A stretch of DNA of 64,000 nt from a virus (lineage: Duplodnaviria > Caudoviricetes), in IMG/VR virus record IMGVR_UViG_2863283106_000001, positions 48,519 to 112,518 of that record; one strand, written 5' to 3'. Both the position numbers and the translations under genes were made by a program. The notes under the pieces are model-generated. The model did not search any database, was not told the DNA's origin, and was given only the letters and a program-made list of their open reading frames with translations. Shown here piece after piece: positions 10,112-19,067 of this stretch; position 1 is the first letter of the stretch; every line of letters starts with the position of its first letter.

Positions 10112-10142
10112 ACCATGAACAGCGTGCGGCGTTAGTGTCGCG
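10112..10142 (-). promoter_or_regulatory. CGCGAC-class promoter for the membrane protein/portal operon
   Basis: CGCGACACTAA...N19...CATGGT-GCGCGGC-GTG, almost identical layout to 6609-6639. Confidence 0.72.
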
Positions 10143-10145
10143 TGC

Positions 10146-10679
10146 TCAGCGCTTGGGGCGGGACACCCCCGACACGTACGCGCCGATGCCGCGCCGGTTG
10201 ATCCTGCCGCCGGGGATGATCCTGGCGTTCGCGGGCGGGACAGGGATCTTCCGCTTCGCTCGCTTGGACTGGTCCCCGCCGATCAGGTGCGTGTTGTCGA
10301 TCTTCGCGGCGCAGTCGTCGCCTCGAACCTCGTCGTACGGGCGGCGGCAACCCTTGCAATACACCTCGAGTGCGTCGACGCGCTGCCCTTCGGTGGTCTT
10401 GAAGCTGCCCCGGAAGTCAGCGACGCGCGCGATCTTCGGAGTCACCTCGATCTCGGCGGCCACGACCCACACGTGGGAGAGGTCCGGTTTCTGCTCCGGC
10501 GCGGGCGGAGCCGGGGGTACTTCGGGGGCGGGCTCCTCGAGCGTCTTCGTTTCAGCCGCGGGCGCGGGCGGCTCCGGGGCCGGGCTGGGGGCCGGCTCGG
10601 GGGCGAGCCAGGCGAACAGGCTCTCCTGCAGATGGGAGCGGCCGGTCTCGGGCGAGAGGGGGGCTGTCGCTGTCGTCAC
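10146..10679 (-). CDS. Hypothetical protein with Pro-rich N-terminus and CxxC...C...H putative Zn site
   Basis: RBS GGAGGA; YCKGCRRPY...C...HLIGG. Confidence 0.75.
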   Translation of the reverse strand: MTTATAPLSPETGRSHLQESLFAWLAPEPAPSPAPEPPAPAAETKTLEEPAPEVPPAPPAPEQKPDLSHVWVVAAEIEVTPKIARVADFRGSFKTTEGQRVDALEVYCKGCRRPYDEVRGDDCAAKIDNTHLIGGDQSKRAKRKIPVPPANARIIPGGRINRRGIGAYVSGVSRPKR

Positions 10680-10735
10680 CGTTCCTCCGGATCACTGCGG
10701 GGTTGACATAAAGCGCAACCCCCTTCACTCCCGGA

Positions 10736-10764
10736 ACGTCAACGGCCGTGTTCTGTTACACCCC
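10736..10764 (-). promoter_or_regulatory. GGGGTGTAACAGAA-NN-CGGCC-NN-TGACGT repeated upstream motif
   Basis: Near-identical copy at 31093-31121; partial copies at 31866-31886 and 40584-40598. Confidence 0.55.
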
Positions 10765-10837
10765 AACGGCTGCGCCCCCGGGCCGGGGAGGGCTCGGGGG
10801 CGGGAGATCGAACAGGTTCAGGCGTCTGGATGAACCG

Positions 10838-11194
10838 TCAACTCAAGATGCCGGTGATCTCCTTTCCTGTGAGGGCCTGCGCAATCTGCCAGCGCATGCC
10901 CCCGCGAGAACCCTTGATCAGGACGATGTCGCCGGGCTGCAGGAGCGCATCGAGTAACGCGGTGGCGGTCTCGTTGTCCCGAACGATGGCGGCCTCTACA
11001 CCGGCATCGGCCGCGCCCAGGGCAAGCTGCTTGGCCATGTCATCGCCGACCGCGATCACCATGTCGATGTTGTACTCGCCTGCCATCCGGCCCACGTCCC
11101 AGTGTGCCCTGGCGGCTTCGTTGCCCAGCTCCAGCATCTCGCCCAGGACGGCGATCCGCCGCCCTCCAGTCTGCTCGCTTGCTTCCTTAGCCAC
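10838..11194 (-). CDS. Stand-alone Mur ligase C-terminal domain (MurF-like)
   Basis: RRIAVLGEMLELG...H...GDIVLIKGSR motifs; the N-terminal and ATP-binding domains of MurF are absent. Confidence 0.8.
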   Translation of the reverse strand: MAKEASEQTGGRRIAVLGEMLELGNEAARAHWDVGRMAGEYNIDMVIAVGDDMAKQLALGAADAGVEAAIVRDNETATALLDALLQPGDIVLIKGSRGGMRWQIAQALTGKEITGILS

Positions 11195-11807
11195 CCAGGA
11201 TCACCCCCCTGCCCGCATAGAAGCTCTCCAGCCGGGCCCACGAGACTGGCGCGGCCTCCTGGGACACCCCAGGCAGCCCAGAGGGGTTGTGCAGCATCAC
11301 GTTCTCCTCGCTGACGCCGACGGCGAGCACCAGGTGCCCGCCCTTGCTCGGCGGCTTTTCCTCGGTCGTGCGGATCGTCTTGTGTACCGACAGCAGCGCC
11401 AGGCGGCCGCCGGTGATGATGCCGGGCAGATGCGCGGCAGACAGCTCGGGGACGGCTTCAGCTTCCAGCCCCCAGCGGGCCCGTACGTGCTCGGCGAACG
11501 GCTGGTAGATCAGGCCCTTTACCTGGTTCCCGTCCCGGACGTAGGCGCCGGCCTCGCACAGCTCCCTCGCCAGGGGAACGGACGGCGGAACCGAATGCCC
11601 CCAGAAGTCCAGCGCCATCCGCAGGCACGCAACGCCGCACATGCGCGGCGCCCAGAACGCGTACTCCTGCGGGCTGTCAGCGCCGGACTTCTGCCACAGC
11701 GGATCATCTGCCGCGTCCCTGGTGCCAGTGATGAACTCCGGCACCAGGGACGCGGACTCCCACTGCGAGTAGTAGGGCACGGGGTGGAGGATCGTCGGGA
11801 CGCTCAT
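11187..11807 (-). CDS. C39-like cysteine peptidase
   Basis: VPYYSQW, CGVACLRMAL (Cys), GGHLVLAVG (His), HNPSG. Confidence 0.85.
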   Translation of the reverse strand: MSVPTILHPVPYYSQWESASLVPEFITGTRDAADDPLWQKSGADSPQEYAFWAPRMCGVACLRMALDFWGHSVPPSVPLARELCEAGAYVRDGNQVKGLIYQPFAEHVRARWGLEAEAVPELSAAHLPGIITGGRLALLSVHKTIRTTEEKPPSKGGHLVLAVGVSEENVMLHNPSGLPGVSQEAAPVSWARLESFYAGRGVILGG

Positions 11808-11822
11808 GCGCCCCAGTCTTTC

Positions 11823-12794
11823 CTACGGCAGGTACGCGGGCTTGGTGAACGCCGTCCTGACGATGTGCTGGATCAGCGCGGGGTAGGAGATCCCCGACGC
11901 CTTCGCCATCGTGGCGAGGTTTCCTCGTGCGGACAGGCCTGGCAGCGTGTTGCACTCCAGGATGGTGACGCGGCCGTTGGCGCCCGCCATGAAGTCGACG
12001 CGCAGCACGCCGTGCGCGCCGATCATCCGCCACACCCGCCGGGCCATGTACTTCATGGAGTCCGTCATGTGCTGCGGCAATATGGACGGGCAGTGCTCGG
12101 TGCGCAGAGTCGGGTCGTGCTTGGCCTCGTAGTCGTAGAACTCGCGGGTCGTCTCGACGTCGAGGACAGGCAGCGTCATGACGCGGCCGTCGATCTCGAT
12201 GAGGCCCACGGTGCACGGCAGGCCCTGGATGTACTCCTCGACCATGTACTCGGCGTACGGCTCCGCGTGCGCGGCTTCGATCATGCGACTGAGCTGGGTC
12301 TCGTCGTGTGCGATGCCGGCTGCAAGGCTTCCGCCGCCGCTGGACGGCTTGACGAACACGGGGAACCCGATGGAGTGCCTGACGACGGACAGCGTGTGCG
12401 TCACCGACACCTGCGGGTCAATCATCACCCACCGGGGGGTGTCCAGGTGTTCCTTGAGGGCCAGGTTCTTGAAGGTGGGTTTGTGCATGCCGATCGCGGA
12501 AGCGAGCACCCCGGAACCGGTGTAGGGAATCCGGGCGGTTTCGAGGGCGCCCTGAATCTTGCCGTCCTCGCCCCCAAGCCCGTGCAGGCCGAGGAGTGCC
12601 ACGTCGATACGCCCCTGCAGGGCAGAGAGCGGGATGTCCGCCACGTCGATCAGGTCGGTGCTGATCCCGGCATCGGTGAGAGCCTTGGACGCGTGCTCGC
12701 CGGAGGCGATTGAACCGGGCCGTTCGGGGGAGGCGCCTCCGCAGAGGACACCAATCCGTAAGGTCTGGATGTCCGGCACCATTGCTGCTGTCAC
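11823..12794 (-). CDS. D-Ala-D-Ala ligase family ATP-grasp protein (divergent active site)
   Basis: GVLCGGASPER, LHGLGGEDGKIQG, PYTGSG, VFVKP, VEEYI, FYDYEAKH, RVDF, ECNTLPG; start placed at GTG 12794 after RBS AAGGAG. Confidence 0.88.
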   Translation of the reverse strand: MTAAMVPDIQTLRIGVLCGGASPERPGSIASGEHASKALTDAGISTDLIDVADIPLSALQGRIDVALLGLHGLGGEDGKIQGALETARIPYTGSGVLASAIGMHKPTFKNLALKEHLDTPRWVMIDPQVSVTHTLSVVRHSIGFPVFVKPSSGGGSLAAGIAHDETQLSRMIEAAHAEPYAEYMVEEYIQGLPCTVGLIEIDGRVMTLPVLDVETTREFYDYEAKHDPTLRTEHCPSILPQHMTDSMKYMARRVWRMIGAHGVLRVDFMAGANGRVTILECNTLPGLSARGNLATMAKASGISYPALIQHIVRTAFTKPAYLP

Positions 12795-13029
12795 GCGATT
12801 CTCCTTCGCGTTGTGACATGGGTGGTGTCCTCGGCGCGGCGGCTGATCCTGGCAGGGGTGACCGTCGCGCCGAGCTGTATACCGCTCCTTCGTGGGGAGC
12901 GGAGAGAAGCCCGACGCGGGGCGATGACCTTGCCGTGGGGGAACACGAGTCGGGCAGTTCGTCCCCGCGCCGGGAGTTGTGCCTGCCTGGCGGCCCGGCC
13001 GGGGGACATTCGGGCCGCCAGGCAGGGGT

Positions 13030-13731
13030 CTATGCGGCGCGCTCCAGTTCCCAGAGCAGTTGGTCCAGGCCCATGAGGCGGAAGGTGCTGAGGCGGCGCA
13101 CCATCTGGGAGGCGAGGACGGTCGGCAGGAGCGGGTGGCCGTACGGGATCGGTCCCTCCGGCCGCTGTACGACCAGTACGCCGTCGGCGCTGGCGCCGTA
13201 GCCGACACCGTTCACGCCGTACAGGGGTGCGCTCTGCGCCAGGAGCACCACCGGGTCGCGGGTGAGGTGCGGGCACAGCTCGGCGGCGGGGCGTGCGTGC
13301 CGGGCGCACACCGGCGGCTGGTTCGTCAGGACCATCGAGTCGTCGGGGTCCACCGTGTCCGGGCCGGCGAGGAAGATGTACCCGAGCGGGGTCCGCGCGC
13401 GTTCGGCGCAGACCTGGCAGCGCATCGCCTGCATCGTGCCCCGCTGCCGCAGGGGGTGCATCATCCGCCACTGTGGCCTGCCCGTCGGCTGGCCGAGGTC
13501 GTCGACGGGGCCGAAGGAGCAGCGGGCCCACAGCACGCCGCGCAGGTCACGGTCCCGGGGGTCCTCGTCGGCGTAGCACAGCCGGTAGCGGCCTTTCCCG
13601 AGCGGGGCCAGTCGCAGGTTGTCGGGGGCGGCTTCCTCCCCCTCACGCTGGATGACGAACGGGATCAGGGGCGGCTCGGTGCGCACAGTCTTCTCTTCCA
13701 GGGATCGTGGCGGCGGGGGGAGAGTGGTCAC
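13030..13731 (-). CDS. Hypothetical protein with CxxC and CxxH motifs (Streptomyces mobile-element type)
   Basis: HPLRQR...RCQVC...PPVCARHA...LCPHL; coupled GTGA start. Confidence 0.7.
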   Translation of the reverse strand: MTTLPPPPRSLEEKTVRTEPPLIPFVIQREGEEAAPDNLRLAPLGKGRYRLCYADEDPRDRDLRGVLWARCSFGPVDDLGQPTGRPQWRMMHPLRQRGTMQAMRCQVCAERARTPLGYIFLAGPDTVDPDDSMVLTNQPPVCARHARPAAELCPHLTRDPVVLLAQSAPLYGVNGVGYGASADGVLVVQRPEGPIPYGHPLLPTVLASQMVRRLSTFRLMGLDQLLWELERAA

Positions 13732-14135
13732 GCCGCCTCCTTGAGGCATCCAATGGCGGCCAGGCGCTCGAGGAGCTCGTTCGCGGCCCAGGCCATCCGT
13801 CGCAGGTGGCCGACGGCGCTTTGGTGGTCGGCCGGTGTGCGCTCGGCGTGCAGGGCGCGGGCGCGTTGGGCCAGTCGGCCGGCTTCGTGGTCTTCGTGGG
13901 CGGCCTCGGTGGCGATCGCTATGTCCACGAGACGTGTCAGGTGTTCGTGGAGCCGTTGGGCGAGTCCCTCCAGGCCGGCTCCGCTTGGGGCGACGTCGTC
14001 CAGCGCGGTGGCGATGTCGTCGAGTAAGGCGCCGCCGTCGAACGGGGTCCACTGGCGGACCTTCTCCAAGACGCCGGTCAGGGCCTGTGCGTCCAGGGGT
14101 GGCGTCCACCGTAAGGCGGGGACCGGGGCGGTCAT
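13728..14135 (-). CDS. DUF6415-like protein
   Basis: Helical protein ending HLRRMAW..ELLERL, typical neighbour of HATPase/XRE cassettes; ATGA coupling. Confidence 0.6.
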   Translation of the reverse strand: MTAPVPALRWTPPLDAQALTGVLEKVRQWTPFDGGALLDDIATALDDVAPSGAGLEGLAQRLHEHLTRLVDIAIATEAAHEDHEAGRLAQRARALHAERTPADHQSAVGHLRRMAWAANELLERLAAIGCLKEAA

Positions 14136-14650
14136 GATGCCGCTCCGGCCGGGATGGTGAGGCTGCACCAGGTCTCGGCGCCGTTGTCGCTGGTTCCCCA
14201 GGTGCCGCCGCTTTCCTTCACGAGGGCCTGGACGAGCTGCAGGCCGCGCCCGCTCTCGTCTTTGTGGCCCGGGGTCTTCGGGGTGGCGTTGCCCGGCATC
14301 CCGTCACGGACCGCGATACGGAGGCTCTTGTCCTCCGCGGTGATGGACAGGCTGATCTCCGTGGTGCCGCTGTGCAGCAACGCGTTGGTCAGCAGCTCAG
14401 AGACGATCAGCATCACGTCGCCCTTCAACACCTCGAGGCCGCAGTACCTGAGCCGGGCGGCGGCGATACGGCGCATGGTGCCGATCCGGGCCGCGTCCCC
14501 GGCCGGCGGGTGGGTGCCGCAGGGGCGGGGAGCGACCGCGAAGCACGCGGTCATCACGTCCCCGCTGCGGGGGAGGGCCGTGCGCGACGTCCGTACGACC
14601 GGAGTCTTCCAGGGGTTTTCCTGCTGCGCAGCAGACGCAGGTGATGCCAT
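14132..14650 (-). CDS. HATPase_c ATP-binding (anti-sigma-like) regulatory protein
   Basis: LIVSELLTNALLH, AVRDG, ESGRGLQLV, WG...TWC motifs; start may be at 14557. Confidence 0.88.
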   Translation of the reverse strand: MASPASAAQQENPWKTPVVRTSRTALPRSGDVMTACFAVAPRPCGTHPPAGDAARIGTMRRIAAARLRYCGLEVLKGDVMLIVSELLTNALLHSGTTEISLSITAEDKSLRIAVRDGMPGNATPKTPGHKDESGRGLQLVQALVKESGGTWGTSDNGAETWCSLTIPAGAAS

Positions 14651-14931
14651 GCCGGGGCCTCCAGACGCCCAATGCGTGACGGTGCGGCAGGGCGAAGCGG
14701 AATCGCACGGGGGTGCGACTTTCCCAGCTTGCCTGTCACGGTTTGCGTTGGCTCAACTACCGTGGCGGTAGGACGCATTGGTAAGCAACTGGATCGCCAC
14801 TGAAAATTCAGTGGCGTCGCAAATGGACTATGCCAGAACCTGCACAGGGGGCTGCGGTGGGCGCACAGCGGGTGTCACACTCTGCGCAGGGTCGTACTCA
14901 ACCAGCGCAGACGCATGGGGGTGGTGCACAG

Positions 14932-15819
14932 GTGGCGGCGAAGCGAGGGGCGACCGGGCGGCGTTTGGATCTTGGGATCCAGCTACGGCAGTTGCGCGAG
15001 AACTGCCCGCCCGTCGAGGACGGCAGAGCGCGCGGCATGACCCGGAAAGCCGCCGTGCGCGGGCTCAGGCAACTGTCGGAGGCGTCCCTCGCGCGGATCG
15101 AGCACGGCGAGCTCAATTTCCGGCGCAACGTCGGGGACCTGCGCACGCTGTTGAAGCGATACGCCGTCGAGGATGACGAGCTGATCGAGTACCTGGTCGA
15201 GCTGAACCGCGAGGCCGCGAACGACGACTGGCTGACCACGTTCCGCGCCTTCATGCCGACGGGGATGCCGCACTACGTCGGTCTGGAAGCGGAGGCTACC
15301 GAGATCCTGGCCTACCACCCGACCGTCGTGTGCGGCCTCCTGCAGACGGAGGACTACGCGCGGGCCCTGTTCGAGGTCCAGCGGCCCGTCGAGGACACCA
15401 CCAGCGAGTTCATACAGCGCAACGTGGACCTACGGATGGAGCGAAAGCGCAGGGTCCTCGAGCGCGGCGACGTCCGTCTCCGCGTCATACTCGGCGAGGC
15501 TGCCCTGCGCATCCCCGTCGGGGACGACGAGACGATGCTCGAGCAGTACCGCGAGATCATCAAACTGGCCCGGCAGGACCACATCCAGGTCCAGGTGCTG
15601 CCGTTCAGGCGCGGCTACCGAGCAACCAACGATTTCGCCATCCTCGACCTCGGAGAGCTGCCGTCGCGGGTTCAGACTGACAATGCGTGGGGGGCCGTGT
15701 CCACGAGCGACAAGCCCCGTGAAGTCGACCGGTTCACACGCCGGTTCAACGCGATGGTCGGGGCCGCTCTCGGCCTCGAGGAGACCATCGAATTCCTGGA
15801 ATCACTCACTGGAAAGTAG
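14932..15819 (+). CDS. XRE-family HTH regulator with DUF5753 domain
   Basis: LGIQLRQLRE...SLARIEHG; GLEAEA, GLLQTEDYARA, ILGEAAL; divergent from the HATPase gene. Confidence 0.9.
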   Translation: MAAKRGATGRRLDLGIQLRQLRENCPPVEDGRARGMTRKAAVRGLRQLSEASLARIEHGELNFRRNVGDLRTLLKRYAVEDDELIEYLVELNREAANDDWLTTFRAFMPTGMPHYVGLEAEATEILAYHPTVVCGLLQTEDYARALFEVQRPVEDTTSEFIQRNVDLRMERKRRVLERGDVRLRVILGEAALRIPVGDDETMLEQYREIIKLARQDHIQVQVLPFRRGYRATNDFAILDLGELPSRVQTDNAWGAVSTSDKPREVDRFTRRFNAMVGAALGLEETIEFLESLTGK

Positions 15820-15841
15820 CGGAGCCATCAACACTCACCTC

Positions 15842-16057
15842 ATGCCCCAGACCTCTACCGAGATCGCCCCGGAAGGCGCCTGGTTCAAGTCCTCGTACAG
15901 CAGCGACGGCACCGGCAACTGCGTGGAGGCCGCCAACCTCCCGGCCGCGGTCGCTGTCCGTGACTCCAAGGACAAGAAGGGGCCCGCGCTGGTCTTCCCG
16001 CGCAGCTCCTGGGCCACCTTCATCACCAGCGTGAGCCAGGGCGAGACCACCGCCTGA
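15842..16057 (+). CDS. DUF397 protein
   Basis: WFKSSYS...NCVEAA...VAVRDSK...W..F. Confidence 0.92.
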   Translation: MPQTSTEIAPEGAWFKSSYSSDGTGNCVEAANLPAAVAVRDSKDKKGPALVFPRSSWATFITSVSQGETTA

Positions 16058-16092
16058 CGCACGCCCGACCTGGGCACTGCCCAACAGCATGG

Positions 16093-16121
16093 GGCCCCCC
16101 TCAGAGACGTTGAGGGGGGCC
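16093..16121. terminator. Inverted repeat between convergent genes (GGCCCCCCTCA / TGAGGGGGGCC)
   Basis: 11-bp perfect stem. Confidence 0.7.
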
Positions 16122-16190
16122 GCCATCGTTCTACGCCGACGGTACCGGTGCCAGGCCCCGCACGGTACGGAACCGGCCCAACGGGCGCGG

Positions 16191-17345
16191 TCAGGCCGGT
16201 GCCGTCGGGTCGTGTACGGGAACCTTGTCGAACGGGTTCTTCTTCGCGTCCTGGGCGGGGCGGACGTAGACCTTGCGGGGGATGGATGAGCCCTTGGCCC
16301 ACCGGCCGGCCCGCTCGAGGTCCTCGTCCGTGGCGTCGTTCGCGGCAAGGTCGGTGGCGGCGCCCGCGCGTAGGCCGTGGGAGGTGATTGGCCGGCCGTC
16401 GCCCACCAGGCCGGCCTTGGCGAACCAGTGCTTCACGCGCTCATTGACGACGTGCCCCCGCAGGTGAAGGCCCCGCTTGGTGGCCGTTTTCGCGCGGGTC
16501 TCCTCCGTGGCCGGCATGCCGTTCTTGAGGAGGTGCCGGAAGACGGGGCCGGTCGTGACGCCCATGCTGGCGAGGTAGTCCAGCCAGCGGCGCATCCGGC
16601 GGACGAGCTGGACGTCCTCCGGCCGGTCCTTGAGGGGGATCGTCTGCTCCTCGTCCTTGTGGGTCTTGTCCTCGGCGAGCCAGACAAGGACGCGGTCGTC
16701 CAGGACCTTCACGTCCTCGATCTCCAGGTTGACGTCCTCGATGCTGCGCCCGAGGAACATGTACCCGAAGGCGAACATGGCCGCGTCGCGGATGCCGATC
16801 GGCCGGCCGTCGGCTTCGGCCTTCTCCATCATCGGCACGACGTACGACAGGGTGAGCGGGAAGGCCTGCCGCGTGCGCACCGCGCGCTTGTTCTTCTTCC
16901 GGTAGTCGGCCAGGAGCCGCAGGTACAGGCTGTTATCCGGCTTCTTCCCCGCGGGCATCGCCGTACGGATCCGCGACATGTAGTTCTTGATCGTGGCGAC
17001 CTTGAGGCCCCGCTGCATCAGGTGCCGACTGTACTCGGTGAACGTCGCCGTGGTGCACGGCACCGCCACACGGCCCTGCTCCGCACACCACGCCTTGAAG
17101 GCCTTCATCGGGCCGGAGTCGCCCGGGTCGGACTCGTCCAGGATGCGCGCGGTCTCTTCGCTGACGTACAGGTCCCGCTCGGTGTACGTCGTGCCCGGAT
17201 CGTCGCTGGTCGGGATGGACTCCCCGGGCCGCAACACCGTGTGCTCGTCGACGAGCGGGCGGGGCGCCGGCGCAGCGCGCACCAGCTCCCCGTCCTCGAC
17301 GAATTCGGCGTCGACGACCTCGTCGTCCTCGGCGCGCACCGTCAT
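16191..17345 (-). CDS. Tyrosine recombinase/integrase (Cre-like)
   Basis: RDAAMFAFGYMFLGR (R), DKT (K), SHGLRAG (HxxR), GRW, VYVR (Y). Confidence 0.88.
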   Translation of the reverse strand: MTVRAEDDEVVDAEFVEDGELVRAAPAPRPLVDEHTVLRPGESIPTSDDPGTTYTERDLYVSEETARILDESDPGDSGPMKAFKAWCAEQGRVAVPCTTATFTEYSRHLMQRGLKVATIKNYMSRIRTAMPAGKKPDNSLYLRLLADYRKKNKRAVRTRQAFPLTLSYVVPMMEKAEADGRPIGIRDAAMFAFGYMFLGRSIEDVNLEIEDVKVLDDRVLVWLAEDKTHKDEEQTIPLKDRPEDVQLVRRMRRWLDYLASMGVTTGPVFRHLLKNGMPATEETRAKTATKRGLHLRGHVVNERVKHWFAKAGLVGDGRPITSHGLRAGAATDLAANDATDEDLERAGRWAKGSSIPRKVYVRPAQDAKKNPFDKVPVHDPTAPA

Positions 17346-17647
17346 GCCGCGGGCCTGGCCTCTGCGTCAGCGGGGACCGGGTCGATGTGGTGGAGGGCGA
17401 TGCCGCCGGACTCGCCCTTCACCTGGACGACCGGAGTGCCGTCCCCCAACGCCCACGCGGGGGACCGTGTGACGGTGTCCAGCGTCCGGCACGGGTCACT
17501 CCCCCACGCGGGCGGCAGGGTGCCGGTGGCGGCCCGTTCCCGGTAGGCCACGGCCACCGGGTCCTCGGGTCGCACGAAGGGGTACGCCACCACCCGCGTG
17601 CCGACCGGGTACCGCGCGTTCCACTCGTCCGCGTTGAGGCTGCTCAC
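17342..17647 (-). CDS. Hypothetical protein
   Basis: WNARYPVGT.V...TRSPAW; coupled to neighbours. Confidence 0.7.
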   Translation of the reverse strand: MSSLNADEWNARYPVGTRVVAYPFVRPEDPVAVAYRERAATGTLPPAWGSDPCRTLDTVTRSPAWALGDGTPVVQVKGESGGIALHHIDPVPADAEARPAA

Positions 17648-18069
17648 TGCCCTTCCTTCACCTTCCGCTCTGCGGCCTGCAGCACCTTCCGGTGGCCATC
17701 GAGCGTGATCTTCAAAGTCCCGACCAATGCATTCGTGTTGTCGCTGTACTCCTGCGTAGCCAGCTCGTGCACCAGGCGCAGAAGGAACCCGACGTTGAAC
17801 TGGTCCCGGTTGTAGAGCAGCACACGGCAGTTGCCGTCCGTCGGCAGCCGATCGGGCAGGTGACCGATGTTGTGCTCAGCCAGCCGCTCGGTGATGCGCT
17901 CCATGATTCGGGCGCCGGCCCGCTGTGCCCCGTCGAAGCGGACCAGTGCCTCCACGTACCACATGTCGTAGCCGCCGATGGCGGCGAGGTAGTCGGGCAG
18001 CTTGGCCCACGCTTCCTCGACATTGGTCGCCCCGGGCATCTGCGGTACCACCACGCTCGCGCTCGCCAC
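17644..18069 (-). CDS. Hypothetical protein
   Basis: RBS GAGGAGGGG; GTGA coupling to the next gene. Confidence 0.65.
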   Translation of the reverse strand: MASASVVVPQMPGATNVEEAWAKLPDYLAAIGGYDMWYVEALVRFDGAQRAGARIMERITERLAEHNIGHLPDRLPTDGNCRVLLYNRDQFNVGFLLRLVHELATQEYSDNTNALVGTLKITLDGHRKVLQAAERKVKEGQ

Positions 18070-18189
18070 CTGTCCATCCCCCTCCTCGTTGGCCCGGCAG
18101 ATGCCGGATCTGATGTGGCGCCAACTTTACCGACAACAATTGGAGTTATTGTCGGCTACCCACGAGTAACCCCGTATCGTGTCTTCCGA

Positions 18190-18233
18190 GGGCGGAGAGC
18201 ACCGCCCGAACCACGAACCGAAGGAGCACCCCC
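18190..18233 (+). promoter_or_regulatory. AGAGCA-loop leader hairpin + CCACGAA + RBS (copy 1 of ~13)
   Basis: GGGCGG-AGAGCA-CCGCCC then CCACGAACCGAAGGAG. Confidence 0.75.
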
Positions 18234-18497
18234 GTGCGGAAGCTGCCCGGCAAGTTGAAGCTCGTCGCGTACGCCCTCGTTCTCCTGGCCCTCGCGCACC
18301 CGGGCGCCGTTCCGCCCGTGCTCGGTATCGCGCTCGCCATGGCGGGCGCCGTCATCGGCTGGGCCCTGGCGCACCTGTCGCTCGCCCTCACGCTTGCCGC
18401 CGGCGTTTTGCTGTTCCGGGCCTTCCCCGGCATCCCGCGCTGGTTCAGCCGCTCCTGGGACGCCTCGGTCGACTCCGTGCTCCCCGTCAAGGCGTAA
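18234..18497 (+). CDS. Small membrane protein
   Basis: Highly hydrophobic; RBS AAGGAG. Confidence 0.75.
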   Translation: MRKLPGKLKLVAYALVLLALAHPGAVPPVLGIALAMAGAVIGWALAHLSLALTLAAGVLLFRAFPGIPRWFSRSWDASVDSVLPVKA

Positions 18498-18632
18498 CAA
18501 CGGCTCTGTTCGAGCCGTTCGATTCTTCGCCCAGAACGATTCTCCGCTCACCCCCTCATGACCCCACGGACGCCCGTTGTGGCGCCGACCGGTGGAGAGC
18601 AACCGCCGGAAGTCCAAACGAAGGAGCCCTCT

Positions 18633-19013
18633 GTGGCCACCGTTGAAATCGTCAGCTTCGGCTACTTGCACGGTCAGGCCCCGGAAGCCGATGTGACCCT
18701 CGACCTGCGGCGGGCCTTCCGAGACCCGCACGTCGACCCGCGCATGCGAGAGCTGACCGGCTACGACCGACTCGTACGCCGGAAGGTCCTGAACACCGCT
18801 GGAGTCCGTCAGCTCTTGAAGGCCACAACCAGGCAGGTGCAGGCGTACGCGGCGGGTCCGAACGTCGAGCACATCGTCATCGGTTCGGGATGTGCGGGCG
18901 GACGTCACAGGTCGGTGGTTGTTGCCGAGAAGCTGGCCCGTCGGCTCCGGCGCCGCGGTCACACCGTCACCGTCACCCACCGAGACATCCGCCGGGCAGT
19001 CGTCCAGCGCTGA
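18633..19013 (+). CDS. Stand-alone RapZ C-terminal-like (RNA-binding) domain
   Basis: IVSFGYLHG, DLRRAFRDP, LTGYD, GCAGGRHRSV; preceded by leader hairpin 18589-18609. Confidence 0.82.
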   Translation: MATVEIVSFGYLHGQAPEADVTLDLRRAFRDPHVDPRMRELTGYDRLVRRKVLNTAGVRQLLKATTRQVQAYAAGPNVEHIVIGSGCAGGRHRSVVVAEKLARRLRRRGHTVTVTHRDIRRAVVQR

Positions 19014-19067
19014 CCAGCACCCACCGGCGGAGAGCAACCGCCTGCACCCGAAGAGAGGAACACCCCG

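Noticed and set aside
11823-12794. vanHAX-type glycopeptide resistance cluster
   Set aside because: No VanH dehydrogenase, VanX peptidase or VanRS visible; the ligase resembles short Ddl-type proteins.
16058-16190. Possible att site or tRNA next to the integrase
   Set aside because: No tRNA cloverleaf or duplicated core recognised; only a terminator-like hairpin is visible.
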